From positions 2,268,760-2,332,759 of the forward strand of contig CM082576.2 of assembly GCA_040954595.2 (NCBI GenBank): DNA of 64,000 bases, written 5' to 3'. This DNA is from Balanoglossus misakiensis (lineage: Eukaryota > Animalia > Hemichordata). A program made the position numbers and the translations under genes. The notes below the pieces were generated by a model. That model did no database searches. It worked only from the letters and a program-made list of their open reading frames with translations, and was not told the origin of the DNA. Positions 24,791 through 37,477 of this stretch are shown in pieces (positions within the stretch are counted from its first letter, which is position 1; the number at the start of each line of letters is the position of its first letter).

Positions 24791-25456
24791 CCAAGCACGG
24801 GTGGCGGCGACAGCAAGGCCATCATTACTGCTAGTGCGTCTAGTGGTAAGGATGCAACAGAAGATCGCACAGAAACACTGGCCTCCAAGATGAGGGATCT
24901 GGATGTAGACAGTGCACCAGACATGGCAGCTGCCGAGGCCTCGTCTTCTGGTGGCAGCGATAGCAGCAGTTCAGCTGACAGACCGGTCGACATGGAGACG
25001 TCGTCAAGGAACACCTCCCGTTCAGGGAGACACAAGATCACCAAGTCGGTCAGTTTCAACGAGACAGTCGTCGTGGAGAACTTCAAGGAACGCTCCAAAA
25101 AGGCGCTGAAGAAAAAGCCTGGGAAAGTGGAAGTCTCTTTCAGGACTAAAGAGAGATTGAAAGAGAGCTCAGATGACGACTCTGAGTCGCCTTGTAGTCC
25201 AAGAAGCCCGTTTGGATTTGAAGGAGAAAAGGGCAACAAGGCGGGCAACAAGAAGAAAGGTTTCTTCAAGGAGTCGAAGAATGGAAGTGTGGATCAGAAG
25301 GGGTCGGGCACAGGGAAAAGCAACAAGGAACAGTCCAAGTCTGACAAACCATCGAATGCTGAGGATCCTGTATGGAAGAGCAGATCAACATCCAACTCTG
25401 AACCCCCAAAATCTGGGATCGATTTCTCGAATACCTTGATGTATGACTTGGACTAG
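24791..25456 (+). CDS. DNAAF2: DNAAF2 exon 3 (last); total protein about 867 aa
   Basis: ttttaaacag acceptor in frame with ORF 24890-25456. Contains KSVSFNE and ends IDFSNTLMYDLD*, the kintoun C-terminal F-x-N-x-L-x-YDLD motif. Confidence 0.87.
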   Translation, partial: PSTGGGDSKAIITASASSGKDATEDRTETLASKMRDLDVDSAPDMAAAEASSSGGSDSSSSADRPVDMETSSRNTSRSGRHKITKSVSFNETVVVENFKERSKKALKKKPGKVEVSFRTKERLKESSDDDSESPCSPRSPFGFEGEKGNKAGNKKKGFFKESKNGSVDQKGSGTGKSNKEQSKSDKPSNAEDPVWKSRSTSNSEPPKSGIDFSNTLMYDLD

Positions 25457-28400
25457 CACGTCGGAAATACCACCGATCAGCTGGGGAAAGGTTATTTGTT
25501 AGTGATTTAATGCGTCTGGTTTTAATGACGTCAGACTTTCATATTTTTTTTTCTCTGTTGGCTTGTGATTTACATCAGGTAGAGAATGTGGTCATAAGTC
25601 ACTGTGTTCATGATGGCCAAAAATGTGTTTGATTGACGTGGCATCGACCTTAGTGCAAAGTAATATTACACTTAACTGCCTATTAACATACTTGGAATAC
25701 TGTCGTTCATTCACAACCACTTAATGGCACTTTCTTACATCTTTATATTGCACTTGTCTGAAAAGTTGTTGCCTAGCCAACCCGAAGAAATAGAATTACT
25801 GATTGTCTGAGCATGGTTACACAATTTGTGTACTGTAATAACAAAATGATACAGTATAACTTTGTATTATTTCTGAAGAAAATTGTTTATGAATTTTTGT
25901 GTTATTCCTGCTTGCCAGGTGAGTGAAATGTTCTAGCATTGATAATCAGTACTACAAGCAGTAGGAAAATACATATTCTCGCAGAAAGAAATTACAAAAT
26001 TCTTACATGGAAAGATATGTTACCCAAACAATGTTGAAACGAAATTCTTTTTTTCTGTGAATGTGGGTCAAACCATATGGAAGAAAACATTTGGGTTCTA
26101 CTAAACTGTGGGAATGGAAGGTTAAATGTATCTGAGCAAAATATGCAGTCCAAGAACAGTAGTTGATTATTTACAGAAGCTTGCATTACTTACAGAATTA
26201 TTTTCAGGGAGGGTGGTACTCATTTTGGACCTATTTTTTCTCAGTGTTTTCATTGTGGGTGTGAAGTACACTTTCTTGTTACGCATCCAGAAGCATCTTG
26301 AAATTGCCCGGTGTAAAGCGTGTTGTCTTTCTCTTGTGTGAAACAAAAAATAGCAAAATCATGCCAAAGGATAATAACTCAGTGGATTCAAGTTAAAATA
26401 AGGAACTTGACACAAAAGAGGGAAATCAATTAAACTTTTAACCCTGACATTCACATCTGATAAGTTTCTAGATTTGCTGATTGCATGGACCATTGCGTTC
26501 TGATTGCTCAGTCCGCATGGCAACTAGAAAATAACACCGCAATTTTTTCTGCCTGTCAGAGCCAGACAGGTTACCTGCGACTGCCTCCGTAATTCCATTT
26601 CTTAGAGAAAGGTTATCAAGGTAAACGATCAGGTAATGGCCTGGTATCCCTTCCTATCTGTATCTGCTTTTTTTTGTAACAAGAGAAAGCTAACATGCTG
26701 AAAGTCATTTGCTGATGTAAGGAGAAAAACAATCCGGGTGATATGAAAGTGCTTTCTTTAAATTCGACCAATTTGTTGTTTTTTTCCCTTATGATACCAT
26801 CTCAAGTAGTTACGTGTATTTCCATCTCTTGAGTGTCACCCAACACGCTTGCTTTCTTGTCTCATTATCTTTGTAGATGCATGCTTGTATCAGCTGTGGG
26901 TGACAGCCACTGCTGATTTGCATATTGCTACCTTTGAAAATCCGGAGATAAGAAAGTTGGACCAGTCATCTTCCCCCCCCCCCCCCCCCTCCCCTTTTTT
27001 GTCTGCAGGAAGACGCATCGGTTTTCGTAAAGACACTGTGCCACTTTCCCCCAAGGGCTAAATGTTTTCTAAGTGTCGGAAAAGCAATGTATCAGTTTCA
27101 GTCCCACCCGGGAGTGCAATGAAAGACATTCGTGGAGTACGTGCTGTGATGTGTTTTCCGTCTTTCCCAGTCTGGGAATTTTTTTGGTTGAACGGTGAAA
27201 ACTTGCCTTCGTTCCATCATTGTAAAACTGGCAGCATTTCAAATGATCTCCCAGACTCTCTGGTACACTGCAGTGATTAAAATTTATTGGCTAAAACCGG
27301 TGAAGTGAAATTGCAGTTTATATTAAAAAAATATGGATGTGATTTATGAAAATTTATATGCTTTTACACCCAGTCCAGTCAGTATTTTTGGTGGAGGGTT
27401 TTGTTTTACAACTCCAAGGATGGCTGTTCTGTTGTAAATGATACAATACCCCATTTGATGTGAATTTGTTTTATTGCGAGTGGATTTCACGACGTATGTC
27501 ACTGCTGTAAATCTACCTTCCAACATCAGCGAAATCGATAAACGTGACATAAAATTCTGTCGTAAAAAAAACCATGAATGATGGTTGGTGTGGCTTGCCC
27601 CCTCCTGAGCCAGTTATAGTGTGTCCCATATCCATGGATTTGACAAGGTCACATTCTATGCTTTGAAAACTCAGTGAATGCGAACCACTGATATGCTGTG
27701 GCTTTGAGTGAATTATATGTTTTTAATTGGGTCATCTTTGTAATTTCTCTGCGGTAATCTCCCTGTTGATGAGAAAGGAATTTTAGAGTTAGTACTCAAA
27801 GATATCCTAAAATGATTCTTAATGTAGATCAATATCTGTCTCTCTCTCTTGAGAAGATTAAAGGTTAAAAAGAAATAGCCTTTGCTTTATTTTTATATGA
27901 GAATTTTTATGATAGAATTCTATTCTGAAATTCATATTAAAAATAGAATTTCAAAATAGAATTTAAATTGAAAATTCCTGCTATACACATCAAAACATCT
28001 ATGGGTAAAATAGGTAAACCATTGCTTGAAGAGGCAATGTTATTTTTCAGAAAGATGTTTATGTGTATTATTCATTGTTGACTTATAATTTTTCATAGTA
28101 ATGACAAATTTTGTATGATTACTATTCCAAATTTAGATATTTTCAGTGATGTTCACATCAAAACAAAAACCAGACCTTCAGGTGATATGCAAAACGAAAT
28201 ATGGCTCAAACAGTCTTGTTACTTTATTATAGCATTTGCCACTGTCTCCCAAACAGAAAAAAAAATTATAAAAATGAAAATAGAGCAAAAAAAAGGAGAG
28301 ATTTGTTTTTGTCACAATGAAATGTGTAATGAATGAAACTGACAATATAATTTTAGATATAAGTTTCTATGTGATTCTAAAAATAGCATTATTTTGCTAC

Positions 28401-30896
28401 ATCTGTAATGACTTTGAAACTGATGGGTTTCATGTCAAAGGTCATCATGAGATGTTTGAATGTACTTGTGTAATCAAAGGTGGATCTCTAACAAGGCGGT
28501 TGAAGCTCAGCCACCAATGAACATATGTTAGTGCCATATCTGTTATACATGTATGTTGAAGTCCTTGTCTTTAATTTTTGTTTTGGATAGTCGTTTTGTT
28601 TTTTCCTCTATCCTGTCTTCTGTTGCTTGGAATTAATCAAATGTAACGGAAATACTGGGTTATTAATTATTATAGGTTTGCTTGCAGTCATCAATTTTTC
28701 TGTACAGATCAAAAAAGATGCAGGGTTTTAAGAAATCATAAAAACGTGCATCACTATGTAACCTTGATAGTAATTTTGTAGACAGCAAACGCCAACTCTT
28801 TTATCGGTTTATGTCACAAACACACGTCAGTTTGAGAACAATATGGTCTGCATATAGATGACAAGGCTTTTGGCAGAGTCAACAAAGGGGTGCAGTGTAG
28901 ATTTATTTCCAAGTCTGCCAGAATCAGGGACTGTGAAGATGTTTGCTCCAGATACTTGTGTTATATTAATATTTTTTGAACCGTTCTCATCATCAAGTGT
29001 TTCTGTGACATAAACAAAGTTGCTAAATGTAGTTGCTGTTTGCTGTCAGTTCTGTCAATGATTGTTTATTTTTTTGTGACAAATTTGTCTTGTATCAGTC
29101 TGATAATCATACAGTTCTGAAATAAAAAAAATGATTAAAAAGTGAATTTGTTCTCCAGTTTGTTCTCTTTGGTCAAAATGTTATTGGTAATAAGAAGGAC
29201 CAGAAACTGATTTCCATGTGATCGGTTTAAGGCCTTCATTTTAATGCTCAGATCTCATATTCTATCCTCCAAGAAGAAAATCTTAGCAGATATCTTCAGT
29301 GCTTTATATTAGAAACTTAATTATCTCTCTTGGGAAAAGTGGAGTAAATGACAAGAGTTTATAGCAGCACTGTCGTTCACAACAGCAGGGTAATTTCTTC
29401 CATAGTACATGTATATTATACCTTCTGATGAAATTCGACCACAGTGATTATTGTCTTGAACTCATTTTATTTGGTTTTCTCATTAGCAGGGTGAATTGGT
29501 AGCTCCAGATATTTCCTCGTTATTTTTAGTATCTGAGAAGAAGGGAGGATATTATGTACGTGCACTCTTAGCATGTGGAATTTGTCTCTTCCAATATTAG
29601 GATAACTTTGAGAATGGCCAGAAAACCCACTTCTACTATTGTTATTTTCGTGAAGTTTTACGCATAGCTCAGCCAAATGGAGTAGAATGTCCAAAACAAC
29701 TCGAGAATTTGTCAAATCTACAACTGGCAACTTTTACCACTCTGATCACATCACACTTTCCTCATTTTTTTCTCCATTTCTCCAGACTTTACAGTGAAGC
29801 ATCTGATTACCGTTTTTGACTGACATGAATGTTTCACATCACCTGCCAGTACAAAACTGATGAAAGATTGAAATAAGAAAAAGGGTTCATAGGCATGGAG
29901 CCAGGAAATTGATGTCTGAGTTACATCTCCCTAGGGGCATATGCCTTTATAGTCTGGATGCACAAAAAGCATTCAAGTACCAGGATGAAGATTTTGTGCC
30001 ATATACAGGTCCATATATCCTAGATTTACAAAACGGGGCACAATCTGCAATTTTTGTCAACAATACAGTTGATAAAATGATGAAAGGGTGGAATATGAAA
30101 TCTACAGTCATTCTTAATAAATATGAAAACGAATTTGGTCGTCTGGTCATAATTCACTGGAGTAAAATAATGCAATCGAAATGCAATTTATCTCCATGTA
30201 ATAACATTCACATTAGTTGTGTATTTTAATGTTTCTAACACTGGGATTTCAGGACTTTATTAATGCGCTAAAGCATTGTGTGTGAGAGGTCAAGGGTCAC
30301 ATTGTATTAAAATTGTGACATATGTTATTTGCTCATGTCTTGTAACATCCCCATTAAGCATTCACGTCGTCTAAGCTCCATAATAATTTTAATGATTTGT
30401 GAAAATTAATCAAAATTTCATTTGTGATATCCAATTTGTGGGGAAATAATCTCAACTTGCCCATGGGATTAAAAAAATTCAATGAAATAATTTAGAATGA
30501 CCTGCAGGTAGGAATACATGTATATAGACACAATGGCAGATTTGCACAGCTGTAGTATGCAGTTCTTTATTGATTTTCATATTCTGTAAACAACTATAAG
30601 ATTCATATCTGACCAGCTGAATTAGCTGAATTTCTCTTTATATTTGCAAGATCATAAGAGGTGTGCTGTTTGAAAAAATCCCCACGGATGATCAAATCAT
30701 GAAGATTAATTTTCACTAATCCGGTAGTTTGTACACTTGTAAATAGCTTTAAAGCAATTGCTGTTCCTCAGAACATGAGAATTGCCACTTGCTTTTTTTT
30801 TAGCTTATTCTGAAATGTTTATTTATTTTGATTTAAAATATGCCGAATTGGAGTTTCTTAGTTTCTGCCAGTGATGGTAATCTTTAGTTTCCTGTC

Positions 30897-30913
30897 TGCC
30901 ACCAGAGGGCGTA
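30897..30913 (+). promoter_or_regulatory. CTCF-like motif upstream of the Shisa-like gene
   Basis: TGCCACCAGAGGGCGTA resembles the CTCF core CCASYAGRKGGCRS. Confidence 0.35.
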
Positions 30914-31836
30914 TTTTTAACTATGGATTTGGAAAGACATGTGTGGGTCAAATGGAGGTGTATGAGCTTTTTAATGTTAATTATATCTGAACACGTGACT
31001 ACTGACCCTATTAGCAACAACGCTATTTTCTTATTACAAAGTCTAATCATTAAATCCTTGCACCCCAAATAACGCTACTTTACATGTTCACACAATTTTG
31101 TCTCGTGTACACCGAGATCTGCCATTTGACTGCCAAGTACCTGGTTTGTATGGAAATGTGAACAAACAAGTACTTTGATTTCTAATTGTAGAATTTGGTG
31201 CTTTTCGATATAGGATCGAGACTCTATAGCCAAGTGTGAAATAGTTGATGTCGGCGGATTGCGAGCTAAGAGAATCGGTGTCAGAGTTAATGACATGTTT
31301 ACAACATACTCTGTAACTTGAAAGTCGAGAGAAAGGTCGTGTTATCCGTATGATATAATCTGCACCAACAGGCAAGCCAAGAAAAGAGAAGGTACTAAGG
31401 TAGGTGGTAAGTGGTTTTCATTTGTTTGGCCGCGATGTCGGATTTTCCACCTCAGGTGCGTTTTAGACCGTTTTTGTCCAAAACATCGGTAGGCCTAATC
31501 GCCTACTTCTTCTGAACACAATAGCATAGGGTATAGACCAACGAGAGAAAGACCGTGTTATATACACTCAAGTGTGCGAAACTCTATCCGGTGCCATGGT
31601 CCCACGAACATTCTCTGTCATAAACTTGTGATCAATCATGCATGGAAACGCCCACTGTGTCAGGTTGGTGCACAATGTAAACTTTGCGAAACAACGGTTG
31701 CTATGGCCTACGTTCATAGCGCACCTCACGGCCAACTTGGTTGTATGCAGCACAGAGCCCCTCGAGTCGTTTTAGAATAAAGTCTTGGATTGCATCGCAA
31801 GAAAAGTGTTATACTTGTGACGACTACTTTTACAAA

Positions 31837-31903
31837 ATGCGTTCTCTTACAGCAGCAGCGTTTGTGATTGTGAGTTTTGTGTCACTGTCACTATTTGTCA
31901 CAG
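31837..31903 (+). CDS. Shisa-like (six-Cys single-pass, STMC6-type) protein exon 1: signal peptide
   Basis: aaaATG start; hydrophobic leader MRSLTAAAFVIVSFVSLSLFVT(G); strong phase-1 donor CAG|gtaagt that matches the phase of exon 2. Confidence 0.75.
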
Positions 31904-33040
31904 GTAAGTCGTTTAAATCTAATTTCTATCGTGCCGAAGGACAGTTTGTAAAAGCGATGCCACGAAATTTTCTTAGCCAGCAAAACGCGGAATTTTGTAC
32001 AGGGGAAGTAAAGTTTGATACAGAATCTGAATTCCCTCAAACTTCGGACAACAGCAAAATGTGATTATCCCCACATAAGAATGTCAAGAGAAGAAACGCA
32101 GCAATCAGATTTAAATAAGATACAAAGTTGTGCTTTATATTTCGCTCTTAACTCGGCCAGTGCCCTTTACTTTCATTTCGACGTCACAATGACCGATTCG
32201 TAGAACAGGAACAATGGCACGAAGGAAGAAATGAGTCACGCTTTACTGTTTACATCTCTGATTCCAGATTTACGAACCAAACAACAGTGTTTCTGTTCTC
32301 GATTTTGTGTAAATTTATTTTCATGTTTTTATAGGAAAAGTTGACAATTGCCTATGAATCATTGGGGAAATAAATATAATTTGACATTGGCAAAGTAAGC
32401 ATTTTCTGTCGTGATTGATATTGAGATACAATGTATACGTAAACAGAATCACAATGCAGACCTTTTCTTACCAAAAGATTCAAAAGTGAACTTCTGCGAG
32501 GCATTAGATTTTTACACACATTAATTCTTTAAAAAAGATTTCTCACCTTACCAGCACAACAAAAAAATAACTTTTGAAAGTAACGTCATTTAAAACAACC
32601 GATCAAACAGGTTGTCCCACACTAACCTTCAAGGTGGCTAAGGTCAAACGTTTGGCGTCCACAATGATGTCATCCTTCCGAAGCCTGATCAGGACTTTTT
32701 TTTTGGGGGGGGGGGGGGGGGGGTCAATGCGAAGCTCTGTTATAATGTCAATTTCTATTTGTAATTTATACAAGTTTCCTTTGTTATTCAAGTCGTTTGA
32801 TTAACGAATCCCTAGTCTACGTCTATACATAAATGCAGTAGGCCTAAATAGTCCATGGGCCAGGACCCGATTTTTCATAAATTGGTATCAGAAAGATGGA
32901 CAAAGCCTCACATAGATTTTTGGAAAGGCCTATATCTCTAGATTATAAATTGGGGTGATAGCCCTGCCTATCGAGTAGCTTTCTGCATTTTTTCCCTCAA
33001 AAACTAATGTAAGAACCTAAAAATTTCCGACCCAAATTTT

Positions 33041-34120
33041 GGGGGTAGGGGAACTTTAAATTGCTGTAACTCCAGCAAAACTAAAGCCAGAACAGTCATT
33101 TACCACTCAAATTGTGTGTTTTTTAGAACTCTACCAAAATAATATTTTTTGGTGGTAATTCGTTTTGATTTGAGGTCAATAGAGGTCAAAAGGTCATGAA
33201 ATTCGGGTCATTCTGAACATTTGTAGTATGACTATTTCTTGAACGATTTTTTTGAACTTAAGTCTTTAAATGTCATTTACAAGATAAAATACTCTCCCAG
33301 AATCTATTTCAAACCAATAGAAAACCTTATTATTCATTTATGACCAGAAAAACACAAATAAAGAGAAACGACAGAAAGACATCCAATTTTCCACTCAGAT
33401 TTAAGGGTAGGGGAAACTTAAGTTCTTGTAACTCCGGCAAAAATAAACCCAGAACAGTCATCTACCACTCAAATTGTGTGTTTTTTAGAACTCTACCAAA
33501 ATAATATATTTTGGTGGTAATTCGTTTTGAATTGAGGTCAATAGAGGTCAAAAGGTCATGAAATTCGGGTCATTCTGAACATTTGTAGTATGACTATTTC
33601 TTGAACGATTTTTTTGAACTTAAGTCTTTAAATGTCATTTACAAGATAAAATACTCTCCCAGAATCTATTTCAAACCAATAAAAAACCCTATTATTCAAT
33701 TACGATCAGAAAAACACAAATACAGAGATACGGAAGAATGGCACAAGACTTCAGACCCTGTTATTGGGGTAGTAGTTGTAACTCCGGCAAAAATAAAGCC
33801 AGAAAAGTCATCTACCTCTCAAATTGTGTGTTTTTTAGCACTCTAGCGATTGTATATGTATTTGTTGCAATTTTGTTTTGAATTTAGGTCAAAGAGGTCA
33901 AAAGATCACAAGATTTGGGTAATTTCGAAAAATTATGGTACGAACATTTCCCGCATTAATTTTTTAAACCCAAGTCTTCAAATGTCATTTATGAGATAAA
34001 ATACTCTACACGATTTTTTTTCAGACCAATTGAAGACCTTATTATTCAATTACAATCAGAAAAAAAAATTAGTAGAGAAACGGGATAATAACAAACAATT
34101 TCCCACGGATTTGGGGGTAG
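33041..34120 (+). repeat. Three diverged tandem copies of an about 350-362-bp subterminal repeat in the left arm
   Basis: tgtaactcc...ctcaaattgtgtgtttttt recurs at about 33065, 33427 and 33777; each unit begins with gggtag. Confidence 0.85.
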
Positions 34121-34441
34121 GTTTGGCCATCTAACAGGTAAGTATACACCCAATTGATCATGCACATATGGTGTTTAGGAGAATGGATGTGCAAATTTGT
34201 GAACCTTTGCATGCTGCTCATGTGCACTGTACTTGTATGATGATTCCTAACAATACTACGAGAAGGGGCCATTATAGCATTGTAGCTCTGATTGTGTATT
34301 ATTGTTGGATACCATCCTTCAGTGTACAGGCACAGCAGATGACAAGCCAAGCATAGGTTCAAAAATCTGCTTGTTTTTTTTCCTCAACACAATATGAGCA
34401 TGATCTATTTATATTCAGGTCCAGTATAATAAATAAAAAAA

Positions 34442-34937
34442 ATGGCCTCGTCACTCTACAAGATCACGCCTCCTGGATAACTTTGCTGAATACAGCTAAC
34501 ATACAAAAATACAAACCAATTCAGGACCTCGCCATTGGTTTGGGCGAAGGTGAAATTCCTCAGGTGCAGTACCATCGGAAATGCCGAAGTCTCTTTACGA
34601 TGAAAAAGGCTCTTGAATCTATCCTTTCTAAAGAGCAGTCATCATCAACTGAGGGAACCAATACACTGGAACGTAAAAAAGAGGTCGAGCATACAAGGGT
34701 CTCGGTGTGATCACATTTGCCTATTTTGCTCCACCACCAAGTACATGAAGGGAAGTAGGACAAGAGCTCATTTAGTTCGTTGTCAGCAATTGCGTGCGGA
34801 CAACACATTAAGGGAGGCAGCAACAAGAAAAAACGACAGTAAAATTCGTGCACTTCTCAGTCGTGAGTTGGTTGCTGCTGAGGGTCACTATCATAGAAAG
34901 TGTTATAGGGACTATACAAGGCCTGATATTCAAGCAG
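34442..34937 (+). pseudogene. Transposase N-terminal remnant (left copy), frameshifted and with a deletion
   Basis: QVQYHRKCRSLFTMKK, then in another frame CLFCSTTKY...REAATRKNDSKIRALLSRELVAAEGHYHRKCYRDYTRPDIQA. These CxxC...YHxxC units resemble Academ transposase N-termini (recalled). Confidence 0.65.
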
Positions 34938-35700
34938 CGTAAGCAGGATTAGAGCAGATGTGGTGATGATACTTTCATGTGATTGTTTTTCTGCTGCAAG
35001 AAGTTCTTTTCAGCATTGTACTTCAGGTCAACAGTACCTATATCTAGTGAGACGGATATACAAGCACCCTACCATTTACATCATTGTCCCTTTGAATTCC
35101 GTATTTAGCGTATGCTGCAAGTTTTGTTGGTGGAATTGTTAACCTGTTTAACACCAATTTTGGTAACTAACTTGTTTGATAGATCAGTCAGGGGAACTAC
35201 CTCAGGGTTTGTGAACAAATCATTTCTGATAAAAGAAAATAACTCTTCTTGAGCAATTTGCAGGACATCCTCATAACTAGTATCTTGATCATGTTGACTT
35301 TCATCAACCTCCATATGACTTGAACCTGCTTGAGCAAAATAGGCAAATGTGATCACACCGAGACCCTTGTATGCTCGACCTCTTTTTTACGTTCCAGTGT
35401 ATTGGTTCCCTCAGTTGATGACGACTGCTCTTTAGAAAGGATAGATTCAAGAGCCTTTTTCATCGTAAAGAGACTTCGGCATTTCCGATGGTACTGCACC
35501 TGAGGAATTTCACCTTCGCCCAAACCAATGGCGAGGTCCTGAATTGGTTTGTATTTTTGTATGTTAGCTGTATTCAGCAAAGTTATCCAGGAGGCGTGAT
35601 CTTGTAGAGTGACGAGGCTTGCTTTATGGTCGGATTCATGACAGTCGAGAAAACAATCCCGTCGAGCCCTCTTGTGTGGAATAGAAGATGGGTTTGCCAT
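34938..35700 (-). pseudogene. Transposase N-terminal remnant (right copy), with deletion and frameshifts
   Basis: MANPSSIPHKRARRDCFLDCH...YHRKCRSLF joins to QAGSSHMEVDE...LFSFIRNDLFTNPEVVPLTDL, then continues as broken frames NLQHTLNTEFKG, GRVLVYP and SIITTSALIL. Confidence 0.6.
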
Positions 35701-36018
35701 TTTTTATTTATTATACTGGACCTGAATATAAATAGATCATACTCATATTGTGTCGAGGGGAAAAAATAAGCAGATTTTTGAACCTTTGCTTGGCTTGTCA
35801 TCTGCTGTGCCTGTACACTGTAGGATGGTATCCAACAATAATACACAATCAGAGCTACAATGCCTTAATGGCCCCTTCTCGTAGTAGTGTTAGGAATCAT
35901 CATACAAGTACAGTACACATGAGCAGCATGCAAAGGTTCACAAATTTGCACATCCGTTCTCCTAAACACCATATGTGCATGATCAGTTGGGTGTATACTT
36001 ACCTGTTAGATGGCCAAA

Positions 36019-37100
36019 CCTACCCCGAAATCCGTGGGAAATTGTTTGTTATTATCCCGTTTCTCTACTAATTTTTTTTCTGATTGTAATTGAATAATAA
36101 GGTCTTCAATTGGTCTGAAAAAAAAATCGTGTAGAGTATTTTATCTCATAAATGACATTTGAAGACTTGGGTTTAAAAAATTAATGCGGGAAATGTTCGT
36201 ACCATAATTTTTCGAAATTACCCAAATCTTGTGATCTTTTGACCTCTTTGACCTAAATTCAAAACAAAATTGCAACAAATACATATACAATCACTAGAGT
36301 GCTAAAAAACACACAATTTGAGAGGTAGATGACTTTTCTGGCTTTATTTTTGCCGGAGTTACAACTACTACCCCAATAACAGGGTCTGAAGTCTTGTGCC
36401 ATTCTTCCGTATCTCTGTATTTGTGTTTTTCTGATCGTAATTGAATAATAGGGTTTTTTATTGGTTTGAAATAGATTCTGGGAGAGTATTTTATCTTCTA
36501 AATGACATTTAAAGACGTAAGTTCAAAAAAATCGTTCAAGAAATAGTCATACTACAAATGTTCAGAATGACCCAAATTTCATGACCTTTTGACCTCTATT
36601 GGCCTTAATTCAAAACGAATTACCACCAAAATATATTATATTGGTAGAGTTCTAAAAAACACACAATTTGAGTGGTAGATGACTGTTCTGGGTTTATTTT
36701 TGCCGGAGTTACAAGAACTTAAGTTTCCCCTACCCTTAAATCTGAGTGGAAAATTGGATGTCTTTCTGTCGTTTCTCTTTATTTGTGTTTTTCTGGTCAT
36801 AAATGAATAATAAGGTTTTCTATTGGTTTGAAATAGATTCTGGGAGAGTATTTTATCTTGTAAAAGACATTTGAAGACTTAAGTTCAAAAAAATCGTTCA
36901 AGAAATAGTCATACTACAAATTTTCAGAATGACCCAAATTTCATGACCTTTTGACCTCTATTGACCTCAATTCAAAACGAATTGCCACCAAAATATATTA
37001 TATTGGTAGAGTTCTAAAAAACACACAATTTGAGTGGTAAATGACTGTTCTGGCTTTAGTTTTGCTGGAGTTACAGCAATTTAAAGTTCCCCTACCCCCA
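36019..37100 (-). repeat. Mirror copy of the three-unit subterminal repeat in the right arm
   Basis: aaaaaacacacaatttgag...ggagttaca recurs at about 36305, 36655 and 37016. Confidence 0.85.
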
Positions 37101-37317
37101 AAATTTGGGTCGGAAATTTTTAGGTTCTTACATTAGTTTTTGAGGGAAAAAATGCAGAAAGCTACTCGATAGGCAGGGCTATCACCCCAATTTATAATCT
37201 AGAGATATAGGCCTTTCCAAAAAACCATGTGAGGCTTTGTCCATCTTTCTGATACCAAATTCCTGTCTGGCCCATGGACTAAAACCCATGCAACTGTCTT
37301 AACTTCTTCTGATTCAG

Positions 37318-37477
37318 GTTCCCATGGTGTATACTGTGACGATCTTGGCTACAGTTGTCCAGATGAATTGTTTTCTGACAAATACTACTGCTGTGGTTCG
37401 GGGTTTCTTCAGTATTGCTGTGACTATGCCGACTGGTCTTCATATGATGATACATTGGGTGACGTAGCTACCATCAG
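37318..37477 (+). CDS. Shisa-like protein exon 2: Cys/Tyr-rich ectodomain
   Basis: gattcag acceptor and AG|gtaaat donor. (G)SHGVYCDDLGYSCPDELFSDKYYCCGSGFLQYCCDYADWSSYDDTLGDVATI has the C-C-CC-CC six-cysteine pattern. Confidence 0.85.

Larger units (their letters stand above)
32849..37281. mobile_element. 4.4-kb foldback-like non-autonomous DNA transposon, Academ-like, with about 1.9-kb inverted arms, in intron 1 of the Shisa-like gene
   Basis: Termini TAGTCCATGGGCCAG (32849-32863) and CTGGCCCATGGACTA (37267-37281); AAA on both flanks (32846-32848, 37282-37284). Arms 32849-34731 and 35332-37281 are near-identical reverse complements, shown by mirrored ORFs 34069-34362(-)/35748-36071(+) and 34483-34710(+)/35353-35700(-). 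TAG..CTA ends, a 3-bp TSD and the AAEGHYHRKCY motif fit Academ as recalled; not searched. Confidence 0.85.

Noticed and set aside
32335-32394. Exon-like segment (ttttatag ... gtaagc) in intron 1 of the Shisa-like gene
   Set aside because: It has stop codons in all three frames; at most a poison exon, with no supporting evidence.
34069-34362. 97-aa ORF and its 107-aa mirror at 35748-36071
   Set aside because: They are duplicated only because they lie in the inverted arms; no protein-like features.
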